Shown piece by piece: positions 15,001-26,340 of a stretch of DNA of 64,000 nt (positions within the stretch are counted from its first letter, which is position 1; each line of letters opens with the position of its first letter). The translations under genes were made by a program, and so were the position numbers. A model generated the notes under the pieces. The model was not told the origin of the DNA and did no database searches. It worked only from the letters and a program-made list of their open reading frames with translations. The stretch is from Antedon mediterranea (Eukaryota; Animalia; Echinodermata), in the NCBI RefSeq assembly GCF_964355755.1, contig NC_092676.1, positions 1,927,788 through 1,991,787 of the forward strand, written 5' to 3'.

Positions 15001-18000
15001 TGAAAGTTTGCCTCAACAAAAATGTCAACGTTGATTCAACATAGATTATCAACGTTGAAACAACGTAAAAATGTCTACGTTGAAATTATCAATGTTGATT
15101 CAATGTTGAAATTATTAACGTTGAAACAACGTAATAATTAAGTTGAAATGAAAATTTGCATCAACGTAAATTTAAACATAGATTTAAAATTTGATTTGTT
15201 GAATTACTATATCCAATTTGAATCAACGGTTTTAAAGTAGTTAGTAGTAAAGTTACTGTTACGTCGCAGAATCCATCAATAGAGACATTTTATAAATACT
15301 GTATATCTTACTAATCTTTAATTTCTATAAAAACATAAAATAACATTTAATCAGGTGTTATCAAATCATCAGGCAAAATCCAAGCAACAATCAAATAATG
15401 TACATCCTCACTGACAGTTCTCAGGTACCAATGTTAAGTATAAAAAATATACAAATAACCAGTTTGTAATATGTTTGCCAACTAACATGATTGAATAACT
15501 ATAAATATTGGCTGATTACAGTAAAACACAATAAATACAACACACGTCACAGGTGCCTTGTGCTAATGTTGCAGAAGTCCAAATGATGGCAATAACACAA
15601 TACTGTACTGTAATTGCATTGTTCCGATTAGTCAATAAACAGTTGCCTCGATTCCTGTGTTGACATTGTCCTATGCTTTCCAAAAGTGTGGCAATATTAT
15701 TTTTCCAAACCTGAAACAAATTCAATCAAGTTACTGTAGTTTTAAACAAAAATAATACAGTAAAAAATTAATTGTTGAAAGATTTATTGTCCCCAAAAAA
15801 CATGAACAATGAAGATTAATACAATCATACTTTGAATACCTTGCCATTTTGCAATTTTAACAATTTAGATATTCACTTGCCGTAGAAAATAAATAAAAAA
15901 CAATAAAGATTTCACTTAACAAAAATACAAAATAAACAGTACATTTAACCAAAAACCAATTGTTTGTTTAAATTGTCCCCCTTTTAAGGTACAAATGCAT
16001 TTTAAAAATCTAATTTTTGGTCAAAGTGAACAACTCTATAGTGACGGCATAGTCAACAAAACATTTAAAAAAAAATTGTTCAGTTCAATTATATCTTTAA
16101 CACATTGTTCAAAAATCATACTGTACATAAACAAAAATTCAATTCAGAACATCATTTCACACATACACGTAAACTATGCAATCAATTCAATTTATGTAAA
16201 TAATATTGCAACACTGTATTAATATTTACGCCGTGGTTAGGATTCCGGCACCGAAACTCAACTGCCCAGCGTTAGGGAATCCGACACGCTATTGCGCATG
16301 CCCAGAGCAAGGTAATCGGCGACTCTATTTTTGTCTACAACAGACCAAAGCGTGGTTCCCACTAGGGACGCAACACAAGGACGTAACGCAACGCAAGTAA
16401 ATTGACCAATCACAAGTGATGGCTTATTCGCTTGTGATTGCTAACTGTCTATAACTTCGCTTGTCATTGGTTAAAACGCTTGCGTTGCGTTTACGTCCTT
16501 GCGTTACGTTCTAGTGGGAACCAAGCTTTACAGCGATGGATCATTTTAATAGCTGCGCCACGGCGAACTAGCCGGCCTACATGCCTACTAATACTAGTAG
16601 GCCTACCAGCTAGATGTGACCATTGGGCCTATTTATTTCGTAATTAAATTTGCTTCATTCATATATAAACTTTATATATTTATGAATTATAATTGCATGA
16701 CTAGTTTTATTTTTTATGATTTTTCAAGTACAAAATAAAAGATTTCATATAACGCATTTATACTGTACATAACATCATGCAATAGTATACAAGTTGATTT
16801 GTTGACAGCAGCCGCCGTGCGGATGTGAAAAAAAAAAAACAGAACTGTTCGGGAGAAGTCGGTGTCGCAACGCTACGCTATTCATTTTCGTACATTTCTT
16901 GAAATACGCAAGCTGATTCTTATCAATATCATAATAATTATTTTAACGCGTGGCGTAATTATTAATTCATGTATGGCCTAGGCCAAGTTTCATCCATCGC
17001 TCTCTCCCCCGCGCGCCGACTAACTAGGCCACAGCAAAGATATCTTTGGCTACACAGTACATCCCTAGTTAACACTCCGACTCTCGGGTAATGTGGTGCG
17101 CGGTCTGTGGCACTAGTGCAAGCTATAATTACTTCGCTCTGGGCATGCGCAATAGCGTGTCGGATTCCCTAAACGATGGGAAGTTGAGTTGCGGTGCCGG
17201 AATCCTAACCACGGCGTAATATTTATTCAATTCAATATTAAAGTTAAGAACTATAAATACCAACCTTTTGTATATAAAAATATTGATCATCCATTAGATT
17301 GTTCTCGTTTGATTCACATAGAAAAGATTATAGGCCTACATGTACTTCATTATTTTGTACTCTAGCTAGGCATAGGCCAGGGCCTTAGCTAGGCCTACAA
17401 TCTGAAATAAAGAAAGCGAGTAAGTTTAACAAATAGCCGTCCTAGGCTAGCAGCATGTGTTTGTATATTAACACTAATATTAATAGCATTAGCAGCTACT
17501 GTAGACAGCCTAGCAGAAAGCTAGCTAGGCCAACTAATTATATATTATAATGTTATATTTATGTATACTTTTGGATAAATAAAGAAAGTATTGAACTAAA
17601 TAAAAGGCCTAATACATACCATTTTATAACCATATAAGTACAGTACTGTAGTTATCCTTGGCCAGGCAAATGTTTGCCCTTGACATGCATAATACTAAAT
17701 GCTTCCACTAGGCCTAGTGAGTGAATTCAGTTCATCAGTTTGGCAGCCTGCCTAGCCTACCAGGCTATAGCCTAGCTATGCATGTGTGGCCTACTAGACT
17801 AGAGGCTAGCTATTGATAAGGGTAAAATAGTCAAGCTCAAAGCTTATAAATTAGTAGATTACAAATAAAAAGGATTGTTTTCCTACCTCAAAACATACTT
17901 ATTTGACAATTTCAATGATGAGCCTTTTTTTTCTACACACACACCACTACTGCTGTAGGCCTAGCCTACGTCGAAGTAACTGAAATTACTGACACCAGTT

Positions 18001-21000
18001 TCAAAATTGTATCAAAACGAAACTAAACCAATGACAAGCTCGTATCTTATGAAATTTGATCTTGCATGAAAGGATCATTCAATTTTCAACACAACTTCTA
18101 GAACATTTTTGTATTATACAGAGACAATAATATTTGCCAATCTAAAATTCCTAAATAACCAATAATCATTTGTTTTACAATAAAGGATGATAAAATAAAC
18201 CGCCAACTGAAATCTAATGTTAATTTAACGTTGAAACATCAATGGCAACGCACTTAGTATTAAAAAATGTAAGAGAATTTATCTTTAATTTAACGTTTAA
18301 TTAACATTGAAAAACAAAAATAATAATTGTTTGAAAAAACAACATAATTTCAAGAGTTTTTCAACGTTGAAAACATGTCATTTGAAAATGGCAACTGGAT
18401 TTCAACGTTAAAATAACGTTGGAATAACATTGAAAAACAAAAATAATAATTGTTTGAAAAAAATTATTAGTTAGAAATACAATGTTATTTCAACGTTGGA
18501 TCAACATTGATAAATTAACGTCAATTACTAGTTAGAAAGACAATGTTATTTCAACGTTGGAGCAACATTGATAAATTAACGTAAATTTCTTGTTAAAAAT
18601 ACAATGTTATTTCAACGTTGGATCAACATTGATAAATTAACGTAAATTACTAGTTAAAAATACAATGTTATTTCAACGTTGGATCAACATTGATAAATTA
18701 ACGTAAATTTCTAGTTAGAAATACAATGTTATTTCAACGTTGGATCAACATTGATAAATTAACGTAAATTTCTAGTTAGAAATACAATGTTATTTCAACG
18801 TTGGATCAACATTGATAAATTAACGTAAATTTCTAGTTAAAAATACAATGTTATTGCAACGTTGGATCAACATTGATAAATTAATGTAAATTTCTTGTTA
18901 AAAATACAATGTTATTTCAACGTTGGATCAACATTGATAAATTAACGTAAATTTCTAGATATAAAGACAATGTTATTTCAACGTTGTATCAACATTGATA
19001 AATTAACGTAAATTACTAGTTAGAAAGACAATGTTATTTCAACGTTGGATCAACATTAATAAATTAACGTAAATTTCTAGTTAAAAATACAATGTTATTT
19101 CAACGTTGGATCAACATTGATAAATTAACGTAAATTACTAGTTAGAAATACAATGTTATTTCAACGTTGGATCAACATTGATAAATTAACGTAAATTACT
19201 AGTTAAAAATACAATGTTATTTCAACGTTGGATCAACATTGATAAATTAACGTAAATTTCTAGTTAAAAATACTATGTGATTTTAACGTTGGATCAACAT
19301 TGATAAATTAACGTAAATTACTAGTTAAAAATACAATGTTATTTCAACGTTGGATCAACATTGATAAATTAACGTAAATTTCTAGTTAAAAATACTATGT
19401 GATTTTAACGTTGGATCAACATTGATAAATTAACGTAAATTACTAGTTAGAAAGACAATGTTATTTCAACGTTGGATCAACAATGATAAATTAACTTAAA
19501 TTACTAGTTAAAAAGACAATGTTATTTCAACGTTGGATTAACATTAATAAATTAACGTAAATTTCTAGTTAAAAATACAATGTTATTTCAACGTTGGATC
19601 AACATTAATAAATTAACGTAAATTTCTAGTTAAAAATACATTGTTATTTCAACGTTGGATCAACATTGATAAATTAACGTAAATTACTAGTTAAAAATAC
19701 AATGTTATTTCAACGTTGGATCAACATTGATAATAAAACGAAAATTTCTAGTTAGAAATACAATGTTATTTCAACGTTGGATCAACATTGATAAATTAAC
19801 GTAAATTTCTAGTTAGAAAGACAATGTTATTTCAACGTTAAATCAACATTGATAAATTAACGTAAATTACTAGTTAGAAAGACAATGTTATTTCAACGTT
19901 GGATCAACATTGATAATAAAACGTAAATTTCTAGTTAGAAATACAATGTTATTTCAACGTTGGATCAACATTGATAAATTAACGTAAATTTCTAGTTAAA
20001 AATACAATGTTATTTCAACGTTGGATCAACATTGACAAATTAACGTAAATTACTAGTTAGAAAAACAATGTTATTTCAAAGTTAAATCAACATTGATAAA
20101 TTAACGTAAATTACTAGTTAGAAGGACAATGTTATTTTAACGTTGGATCAACATTGATAAATTAACGTAAATTTCTAGTTAAAAATACAATGTTATTTCA
20201 ACGTTGGATCAACATTGATAATAAAACAAAAATTTCTAGTTAGAAATACAATGTTATTTCAACGTTGGATCAACATTGATAAATTAACGTAAATTTCTAG
20301 TTAAAAATACAATGTTATTTCAACGTTGGATCAACATTGACAAATTAACGTAAATTACTAGTTAGAAAGACAATGTTATTTCAACGTTAAATCAACATTG
20401 ATAAATTAACGTAAATTACTAGTTAGAAGGACAATGTTATTTTAACGTTGGATCAACATTGATAAATTAACGTAAATTTCTAGTTAAAAATACAATGTTA
20501 TTTCAACGTTGAATCAACATTTATAAATTAACGTAAAACATTTGTTTGAAAAACAATGTTTTTTCAACGTTAAATCAACCTTTATTAATTAACATAAATT
20601 ACTAGTTAAAAAGAAAATGTTATTTCAACGTTGATTCAATGTTTAGTACTAAACGTAAAAAAAATAGTTAGGGAAAAAATGTTATTTCAACGTTGATTCA
20701 ACGTTTGAAATACGCTGACAACATGATTTCAACAAATCAACTATATTTCAACGTTGATTCAACGTTGAAATTATGTTCTGTGCCCACTGGGTACTGCAGT
20801 AATCTAGTATTTACGTTTTCATTTCACGATCTATCTTGCATGGATTGTTAATTTTTGTAGAATTACTGCAGTAATAGTAATCTACAGTAGTATTTACGTT
20901 TTCATCTTGCATGGATTGTGGTTTCTGTAGAGTTACTGCAGTAATAGTAATCTTGTATTCACATTTTCATTTCAGGATCTATCGTACATGGATCGTCATT

Positions 21001-23655
21001 GGCACGAGTCGTGTTTCTTTTGCGCAATGTGCAAAAAATCGCTTGTAGATAAATCGTTTGGAACAAGAGACGAGAAGCTGTATTGTAATAAATGTTTTGA
21101 AGATAACTTTGCTACAAAGTGCAATGGATGTGGCCTTTGCTTTAAACCAGGTATTTAACGATTTATTTTTCATAATGCCTAAAATGTTCCAAGGGGCTTT
21201 ATGTGTGAGCTCAATGAATGATCTAAGAGTCACAGTGTCCTCATCCAGAAAATGTATAGCACTCCATTCTAATGCCTGCATCACACAGTGATGTGTCTTA
21301 GTTTCTTCTCCTTCTAATGTTCACAGAAGTTTTAAGTCATAAATGCACTCTACACTTCTTCTCAATGAGGCCATGTCAAAGTTCACACTTAAAAAATTGA
21401 TAGATAAATTATTTTCTCCATTGCTATCAATTGTTTCAGGTACTAAGAAGATGGAGTACAAAGGCAAAGAGTGGCACGATAAATGCTTTAAGTGTAAAAA
21501 TTGTAGCGAACCAATCGGAACTCGCAGTTTTATTCCAAGAGAAGATGTTATATATTGCCTTACATGTTACGAGGATAAGTTTGCAACCAAATGTAAAGGT
21601 TGTAAAAAGGTACGTTAAAGAGTTGTGAGTTTTTTTCAGAGGTCAAGGATCTAGAGTACCACATTTTGATATTTAAACAGTTTTTATAGAATTGATACAC
21701 ATACAATGAGATAATATATATTTGAACAGTACTGCCAACTCCTGTTCAGTGGACACCTCTATTAAGGGGACACTTTGTCATGTCCTCAAGGTTTTCCTGC
21801 AATTCTTGGTTTTTATAGACACACAACACAATATAAGTGATTTGACCAATCACAAGCGATGGATTATTAGAACTGTCGCTTGACATTGGTCAACACGCTT
21901 GCGTTGCGTTTACGTCCTTGCGTTGTGCCCTAGTAGGAACCACGTTTAATAGTGATTCTACCCATTACTGACTACTGATAGAAGCTGAACCCCTTGAACA
22001 TAAAAGCGGATAGGTTCATACTTGAGAACCAAACTGTAACGCTGTCATACTATAACACACACACATATTACCTCCATATAGCGGGGGTGACTTGTATCCC
22101 AGGGTGGGCTTATGTTTGCATCATTGCATTAATCAATCATGAAATAATTGAATGTAACATAAAGAGTGTGAAACGTAGCGGCATAATGTCTAGCACAGCT
22201 CCATAACTCTTCATACTATTCTGTCAGTCAAACATTCTTATAAATTAATCCAGCCACAAAATGTATTTGTATGTATATAGGTACAACAGTCATAAGCACA
22301 ATTTGGAATTTGAACGCATTTACTTACTAAATCTCACACTATAAAGTCATTATAAATAACCTTTATAGAAATGTATTAGTGGATGGTTGAGGGTGTTGAG
22401 TAGGGAGGGAGGGTAGAGTAGAAAGGGAGGAGTTTCAAATAGGGAGGAGTTGTTTCAAATAGAGAGGGAGTCGAGTGGGGAGGGAGGTCGAGTAGGGAGG
22501 GAGGGGGTAAAATAGGGAGAGAGAAAGATTGTATCATATACTGAACCTCTTTCCTCATTTGATACCTTTCATTGTATTGGTTGTATTAAGTATTTTCCAT
22601 TTTTTAGGAAGAGGGCACAGTACAAATAATTTTTTTTTTTTCAATTTTTCAATCTTTCATTTCAATAATACATTACAAAAAAATACTAATACAAAGAGTA
22701 ACAATCAATTCTAATGATTTGTTCCTTTGGTCGCTATTATCAAAGTTAACTTAATATTTTTTTTCTATTAGTTTTCAATATGTTTATTATAAAATCAACC
22801 ATCACTTTGATGACAAAAAAAACTTGAAATGAGACTTCTGAGATGATAAGTTTAGTACTTTATTTGTTTAGGTTATCTCTGACGGTGGTGTGACCTATCG
22901 AAACGAACCTTGGCATCGTGAATGTTTCATCTGCAGCGGGTGCAAGACCTGCCTGGCACGTGAACGATTCACATCCCGCGACGATAAACCTTATTGTACT
23001 AACTGCTATGGTGAACTGTTTGCTAAGAAATGCTGTGGTTGTAAGAAGCCTATTACAGGTAAATACTGTTGTTATATTTGTATTAACCTCTGTTTACACT
23101 GAGCTGAATTCATAACATAAGAAATGGGTTTTTTTGTTTAAAGCTCCGTCTACATTATCAAACTTTATGTGACAACAAATGTGATGTGCCCATATATGGA
23201 CACGATGTATCGTATAACTACCATAATTGGAAATGTCACTACCATATATGAGCACATCACACTTATTTTGTCAAACTAGTTTAATAGTGTAGACAGAGCT
23301 TAAGAAATGGGTGTATTCTTTAAGAATAGAACTGGTCATACTACACTAACTCATTTCAAAACTTATGCGAACAAATCCATTCTCAGTGTGAATGTACCTT
23401 TGCTTAATTTTGTTTATTAGCTCTTGGTTATGTTAAGAACATAAAGTACATATTTTAGAAGCTTTTTGGAAAAACTTTCATGTAAAAATTTTATTTCATC
23501 ATTCAGGTATTGGTGGAACACGATTTGTATCATTTGAAGAGCGCCATTGGCATAACGATTGTTTCAACTGTAAACGATGCGATACGTCGCTAGTCAATCA
23601 AGGCTTCATGACGGAGAATGACGATGTGATTTGTGCTAAATGTGGACAGGACTAA
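37..23655 (+). CDS. Lmpt: PET + six-LIM domain protein (Limpet/LIM-9/FHL2-like), 5' end outside window
   Basis: GT-AG exons with consistent phase: 37-217, 571-807, 1074-1289, 13368-13568, 20976-21150, 21440-21609, 22872-23058, 23507-23655 (TAA). PET domain (YSWTPVGLS..VEEFMNSLP...GEKYRDRQLILQIPKQDL) followed by six LIM domains (WHPACFTC, YHSGHFCC, WHESCFFC, WHDKCFKC, WHRECFIC, WHNDCFNC). The C-terminal 4.5 LIMs resemble FHL2. Confidence 0.92.
1312..1505 (-). mobile_element. SINE-like repeat, same family as 35340-35640
   Basis: Shared core; its end is also found at 33075-33125. Confidence 0.6.
1517..1663. mobile_element. Tc1/mariner (pogo/Tigger-like) MITE
   Basis: TA|CAGTCAACTCTCCCAATACCGGAC...GTCCAGTATTAGGAGTGTTGACTG imperfect TIRs. 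Confidence 0.6.
2691..2815. mobile_element. MITE, same family as 10064
   Basis: Both TIRs present. Confidence 0.8.
3481..3644. mobile_element. MITE, same family as 10064
   Basis: Both TIRs, slightly decayed. Confidence 0.8.
5023..5175. repeat. Minisatellite of about 21 bp
   Basis: AAATAGAGATATCTTAGTTTT units. Confidence 0.75.
6415..6680 (+). mobile_element. 266-bp retrozyme-like or Penelope-derived insertion with 15-bp TSD
   Basis: TAACATCATAGTTAG at 6400-6414 and 6681-6695 flanks a non-coding insert containing a hammerhead core. Confidence 0.72.
6563..6605 (+). ncRNA. Minimal type I hammerhead ribozyme
   Basis: CTGATGA (6570-6576), T, stem II GGGC-TAT-GCCC, GAAA, palindromic ACATGT, GTC cleavage triplet (after 6598); stem I TTTTCAC/GTTAAAA with one mismatch. 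Confidence 0.75.
10064..10226. mobile_element. Abundant MITE family (TIR AAGCTCTGTCTACACTATCAAACT), reference copy
   Basis: TA|AAGCT..AGCTT|TA termini with internal CACTACCATAT and GTGATGTGCCCATAT motifs; at least 11 copies in the window. Confidence 0.88.
10800..10965. mobile_element. MITE, same family as 10064
   Basis: Both TIRs, TA flanks. Confidence 0.85.
11373..11500. mobile_element. MITE, same family as 10064
   Basis: Both TIRs, TA flanks. Confidence 0.85.
13061..13108 (+). ncRNA. Degenerate minimal hammerhead ribozyme motif
   Basis: CTGACGA-A-GGAATAACGTTTTCCC-GAAAGCTT with an AAGCTT palindrome; stems I and II partly mismatched. Confidence 0.5.
13576..13690. mobile_element. MITE fragment, same family, a few bases from the exon 4 donor
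   Basis: Left TIR and internal motifs only. Confidence 0.7.
14400..15170. repeat. 112-bp tandem repeat (about 5-6 copies plus decayed end), left subterminal array
   Basis: Period 14461 to 14573; dense TCAACGTTGA palindromes. Confidence 0.93.
16229..17216. mobile_element. 988-bp non-autonomous Mutator/MULE-like element nested in the EnSpm-like element
   Basis: TIRs of about 90 bp, CGCCGTGGTTAGGATTCCGGCACC...GGTGCCGGAATCCTAACCACGGCG; 9-bp TSD TAATATTTA (16220-16228, 17217-17225). Confidence 0.85.
16348..16528. mobile_element. MITE nested in the MULE-like element
   Basis: TIR AAGCGTGGTTCCCACTAG...CTAGTGGGAACCAAGCTT; partial second copy near 21835-21948. Confidence 0.8.
18470..20770. repeat. 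61-bp tandem repeat (about 36 copies), right subterminal array
   Basis: Unit AATGTTATTTCAACGTTGGATCAACATTGATAAATTAACGTAAATTWCTAGTTARAAAKAC; period 18481 to 18542. Confidence 0.95.
23141..23301. mobile_element. MITE, same family as 10064
   Basis: Both TIRs. Confidence 0.82.
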
Positions 23656-24574
23656 GCATTCATTCACACATGATTTAAAGCTAGATGATCAAATTGCTTA
23701 ATGGTCAAAAGATGAATGTTACTCTGATTGACATTGTTAGTTTCTTTTAATGAACAAGCAGGAATGTTAATTGGTTTGATACAATGGTGAGGCTTGTTGC
23801 ACAAGTTGGGTATTAGACTCTTCTTCGTGTTCACACTTTGAATTATTTTAATACACAATGTATAGAAAGTTTGGCGCACGTAGAGTGTCGATAAGACGCT
23901 TTAGATATTTGACCAAAATGCCAATATTTTACAATTTCATAGTTGGTATTACAAACTGGATACTGAACCTGACGTCGTCGTAAACGCCCTACGGTGATTT
24001 AAGCGCGTCGTTTGTAAAATGTTCGTACCAAGTTTGCAATAGACGAGAAAATTAATTGCTGTAAAATGTGAAAAATGTATATTTATGGAGTGTTTACGTC
24101 AATAGGTGATTTATGAATTAATTTAATATAATGTATATGTACAGGGCATGTATAGATTTCATGTGTGTCCCATGCTTCAGTATTGCCAAATTTAACGCAT
24201 TCATTTTACAGTATTTCAAGTTGTGTGTTTGTAACAATTTTATACGTGTAACTACTAGTTATATAAATCTTAATATTTAAATATTGTGCTACAAAAAAAG
24301 ATCAAATAATTCCACTGTACATACTACATAAAGTGGCTCTTTTACATTCGTTTTTCAATCAATATATTACTGTTAATTACATTTGAAATACTTAATGTTA
24401 AATTTTGTTTACTTAATGAATTTAAAGGTGTAAGATACACTAATAGAAATAGATGCAAATGACAGCATAAAGAAAAAAATGAAAGCAAAGAGTCGTCAGC
24501 ATAGTATGATAAATCATACTAGTAGACACTATCATAAAATGCTGATTTAACAGCCTTTTGAATTAGGAATACCA

Positions 24575-24957
24575 TTCACTACACAATTGCAGGTCCATGC
24601 ACATACTACACAACTGTGTAGTGTGTATTGGGAGTTCCACGCATGTACTACACACAGTAGTATTGTGTAGTGTGAACTGGAGTTCCATACATATACTACA
24701 TACACTTGAGTTCCATGCATGTACTACATCAAAGTAGTATTGTGTAGTGTGAATTGGGAGTTCCACGCATGTACTACACACAGTAGTATTGTGTAGTGTG
24801 AACTGGAGTTCCATACATATACTACACACACTTGAGTTCCATGCATGTACTACACACACTTGAGTTCCATGCATGTACTATATCAAAGTAGTATTGCGTA
24901 GTGTGAATTGGGAGTTCCACGCACGTACTACACACAGTAGTATTGTGTAGTGTGAAC
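24575..24957. repeat. Compound minisatellite (CATGTACTACACAC / GAGTTCCA subunits)
   Basis: Direct repeats with a higher-order unit of roughly 130 bp. Confidence 0.85.
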
Positions 24958-25631
24958 AGGTGACAAGTTATGCGTCATGAACTACAAGATTCATGTCATG
25001 TCTGAACGTAGCCTTGTTTTGTTGCTTTTAGAATAGCTAAGGCAGCAGTGTTTGTTTATTATACAATTTCATAATGCATTATTAATATTTTTATCTAATA
25101 TTTTACAACCCATGTGTTCTTCCAGCAACCAGAGTTTGATGTTTATATACAGGCTATGCTTGTATAGCTGTAGTTTACTTGCGGTCATTTACTATGACAA
25201 TAAAATTAGACAAAATATACGTTTTGTGTTATTTGTCAGTAATGTAATGGTCAATTTTTGTATCATGTCTTGCCTTGAGCCGCTCCACAAAATTGTTCTG
25301 CAAAGTTTAGATCTTTAAAATTATCTAGGTAAGAATGGTATTGTCTGGGCATACAGGTAGCTTTACCCTTTCACATTGCCTGGCAAAACTTTTATTTTAC
25401 ACCATATAGTCATCTTTCATGGCCAAAAAGCAGCACTTTTACAAAAAAACTCAAATCAAGAGTTTTAAAAACCATTTTTTATTTGTACTACCGTTCTTGT
25501 AGACAAACTTCATACGCATCAGACCAGAAACAATTAAATATAACTTGTACAGTACTAGGATATTCAGATTATGGGCTTTCTGTTGTCAAATAAATTGATG
25601 TGAAGGCATTTGTTTCAACATTTTAAGCATT

Positions 25632-26076
25632 AAGTTCTGTCTACACTATCAATCTAGTTTGACAAAAAAAGCGTAATGTGCCCAAATAATAAGTACGGTA
25701 ATATGACATCATCATGTCCACATTTTGTTGTCACAAAGTTTGATAATATAGGCAATTTATGTATTTGCCAGATTAAACAGTGACTTGCATGTACACTATT
25801 AAGCCAAATTAATATCTGGCTACAGTTTTGACTTAGTGTAATAGACAAGGTTTAACCTGAGAATTCTTATATTTGGTCCATGAAAACATTTTTCAATTCA
25901 ATCCTAAACTAAAGCTCTGTCTGCACTATCAAACTATTTTGACCAAAAAAAGTGTTATGTGCCCATATAATATGGTAGTGATATGCCTAAATGTGGTAGT
26001 GATATGACATCATCATGGTCATATATGGGCCCATCACACTTTTTTTCACATAAAGTTTGGTAGTGTAGACAGAGTT
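25632..26076. mobile_element. Two MITE copies, same family (25632-25750 partial; 25912-26076)
   Basis: TIR and internal motifs. Confidence 0.78.
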
Positions 26077-26340
26077 TAACACCTATTTATTATTTTTGTT
26101 TACTATTCCAACACCTATTTTTTATTTATACCTACTTAGAAGTATATTATTTTATATGAAATCATTTTTATCTATCTCTCTAGCACAAAGCTTGAAATTA
26201 TTTTTTTTTTAGTATAGTATATTTTAATAGATTCTTGAAAATGAAAGTCTGTGATCTTAGATTTTGTCTTAAAGCTTAATAAGTTGTTGTGATGTCTGCA
26301 ATTTCTTAAACATCTGTGTTTTTACACAAGTCTTTTCCCA

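Larger units (their letters stand above)
14357..20791. mobile_element. 6.4-kb non-autonomous DNA transposon, EnSpm/CMC-like
   Basis: Terminal inverted repeats (TIRs) CCCAGTGGGCA...TGCCCACTGGG, flanked by TA on both sides; long subterminal AACGTT-rich tandem arrays; no transposase ORF. Superfamily inferred from CCC termini, 2-bp TSD and subterminal repeats. Confidence 0.82.

Noticed and set aside
15516-15725. Possible transposase exon inside the EnSpm-like element
   Set aside because: An acceptor-like site exists but I recognise no transposase motif.
18470-20770. CRISPR-like regular array
   Set aside because: Units are contiguous and near-identical with no unique spacers; eukaryotic context, no cas genes.
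24563-24874. 103-aa repetitive ORF
   Set aside because: Translation of a minisatellite.
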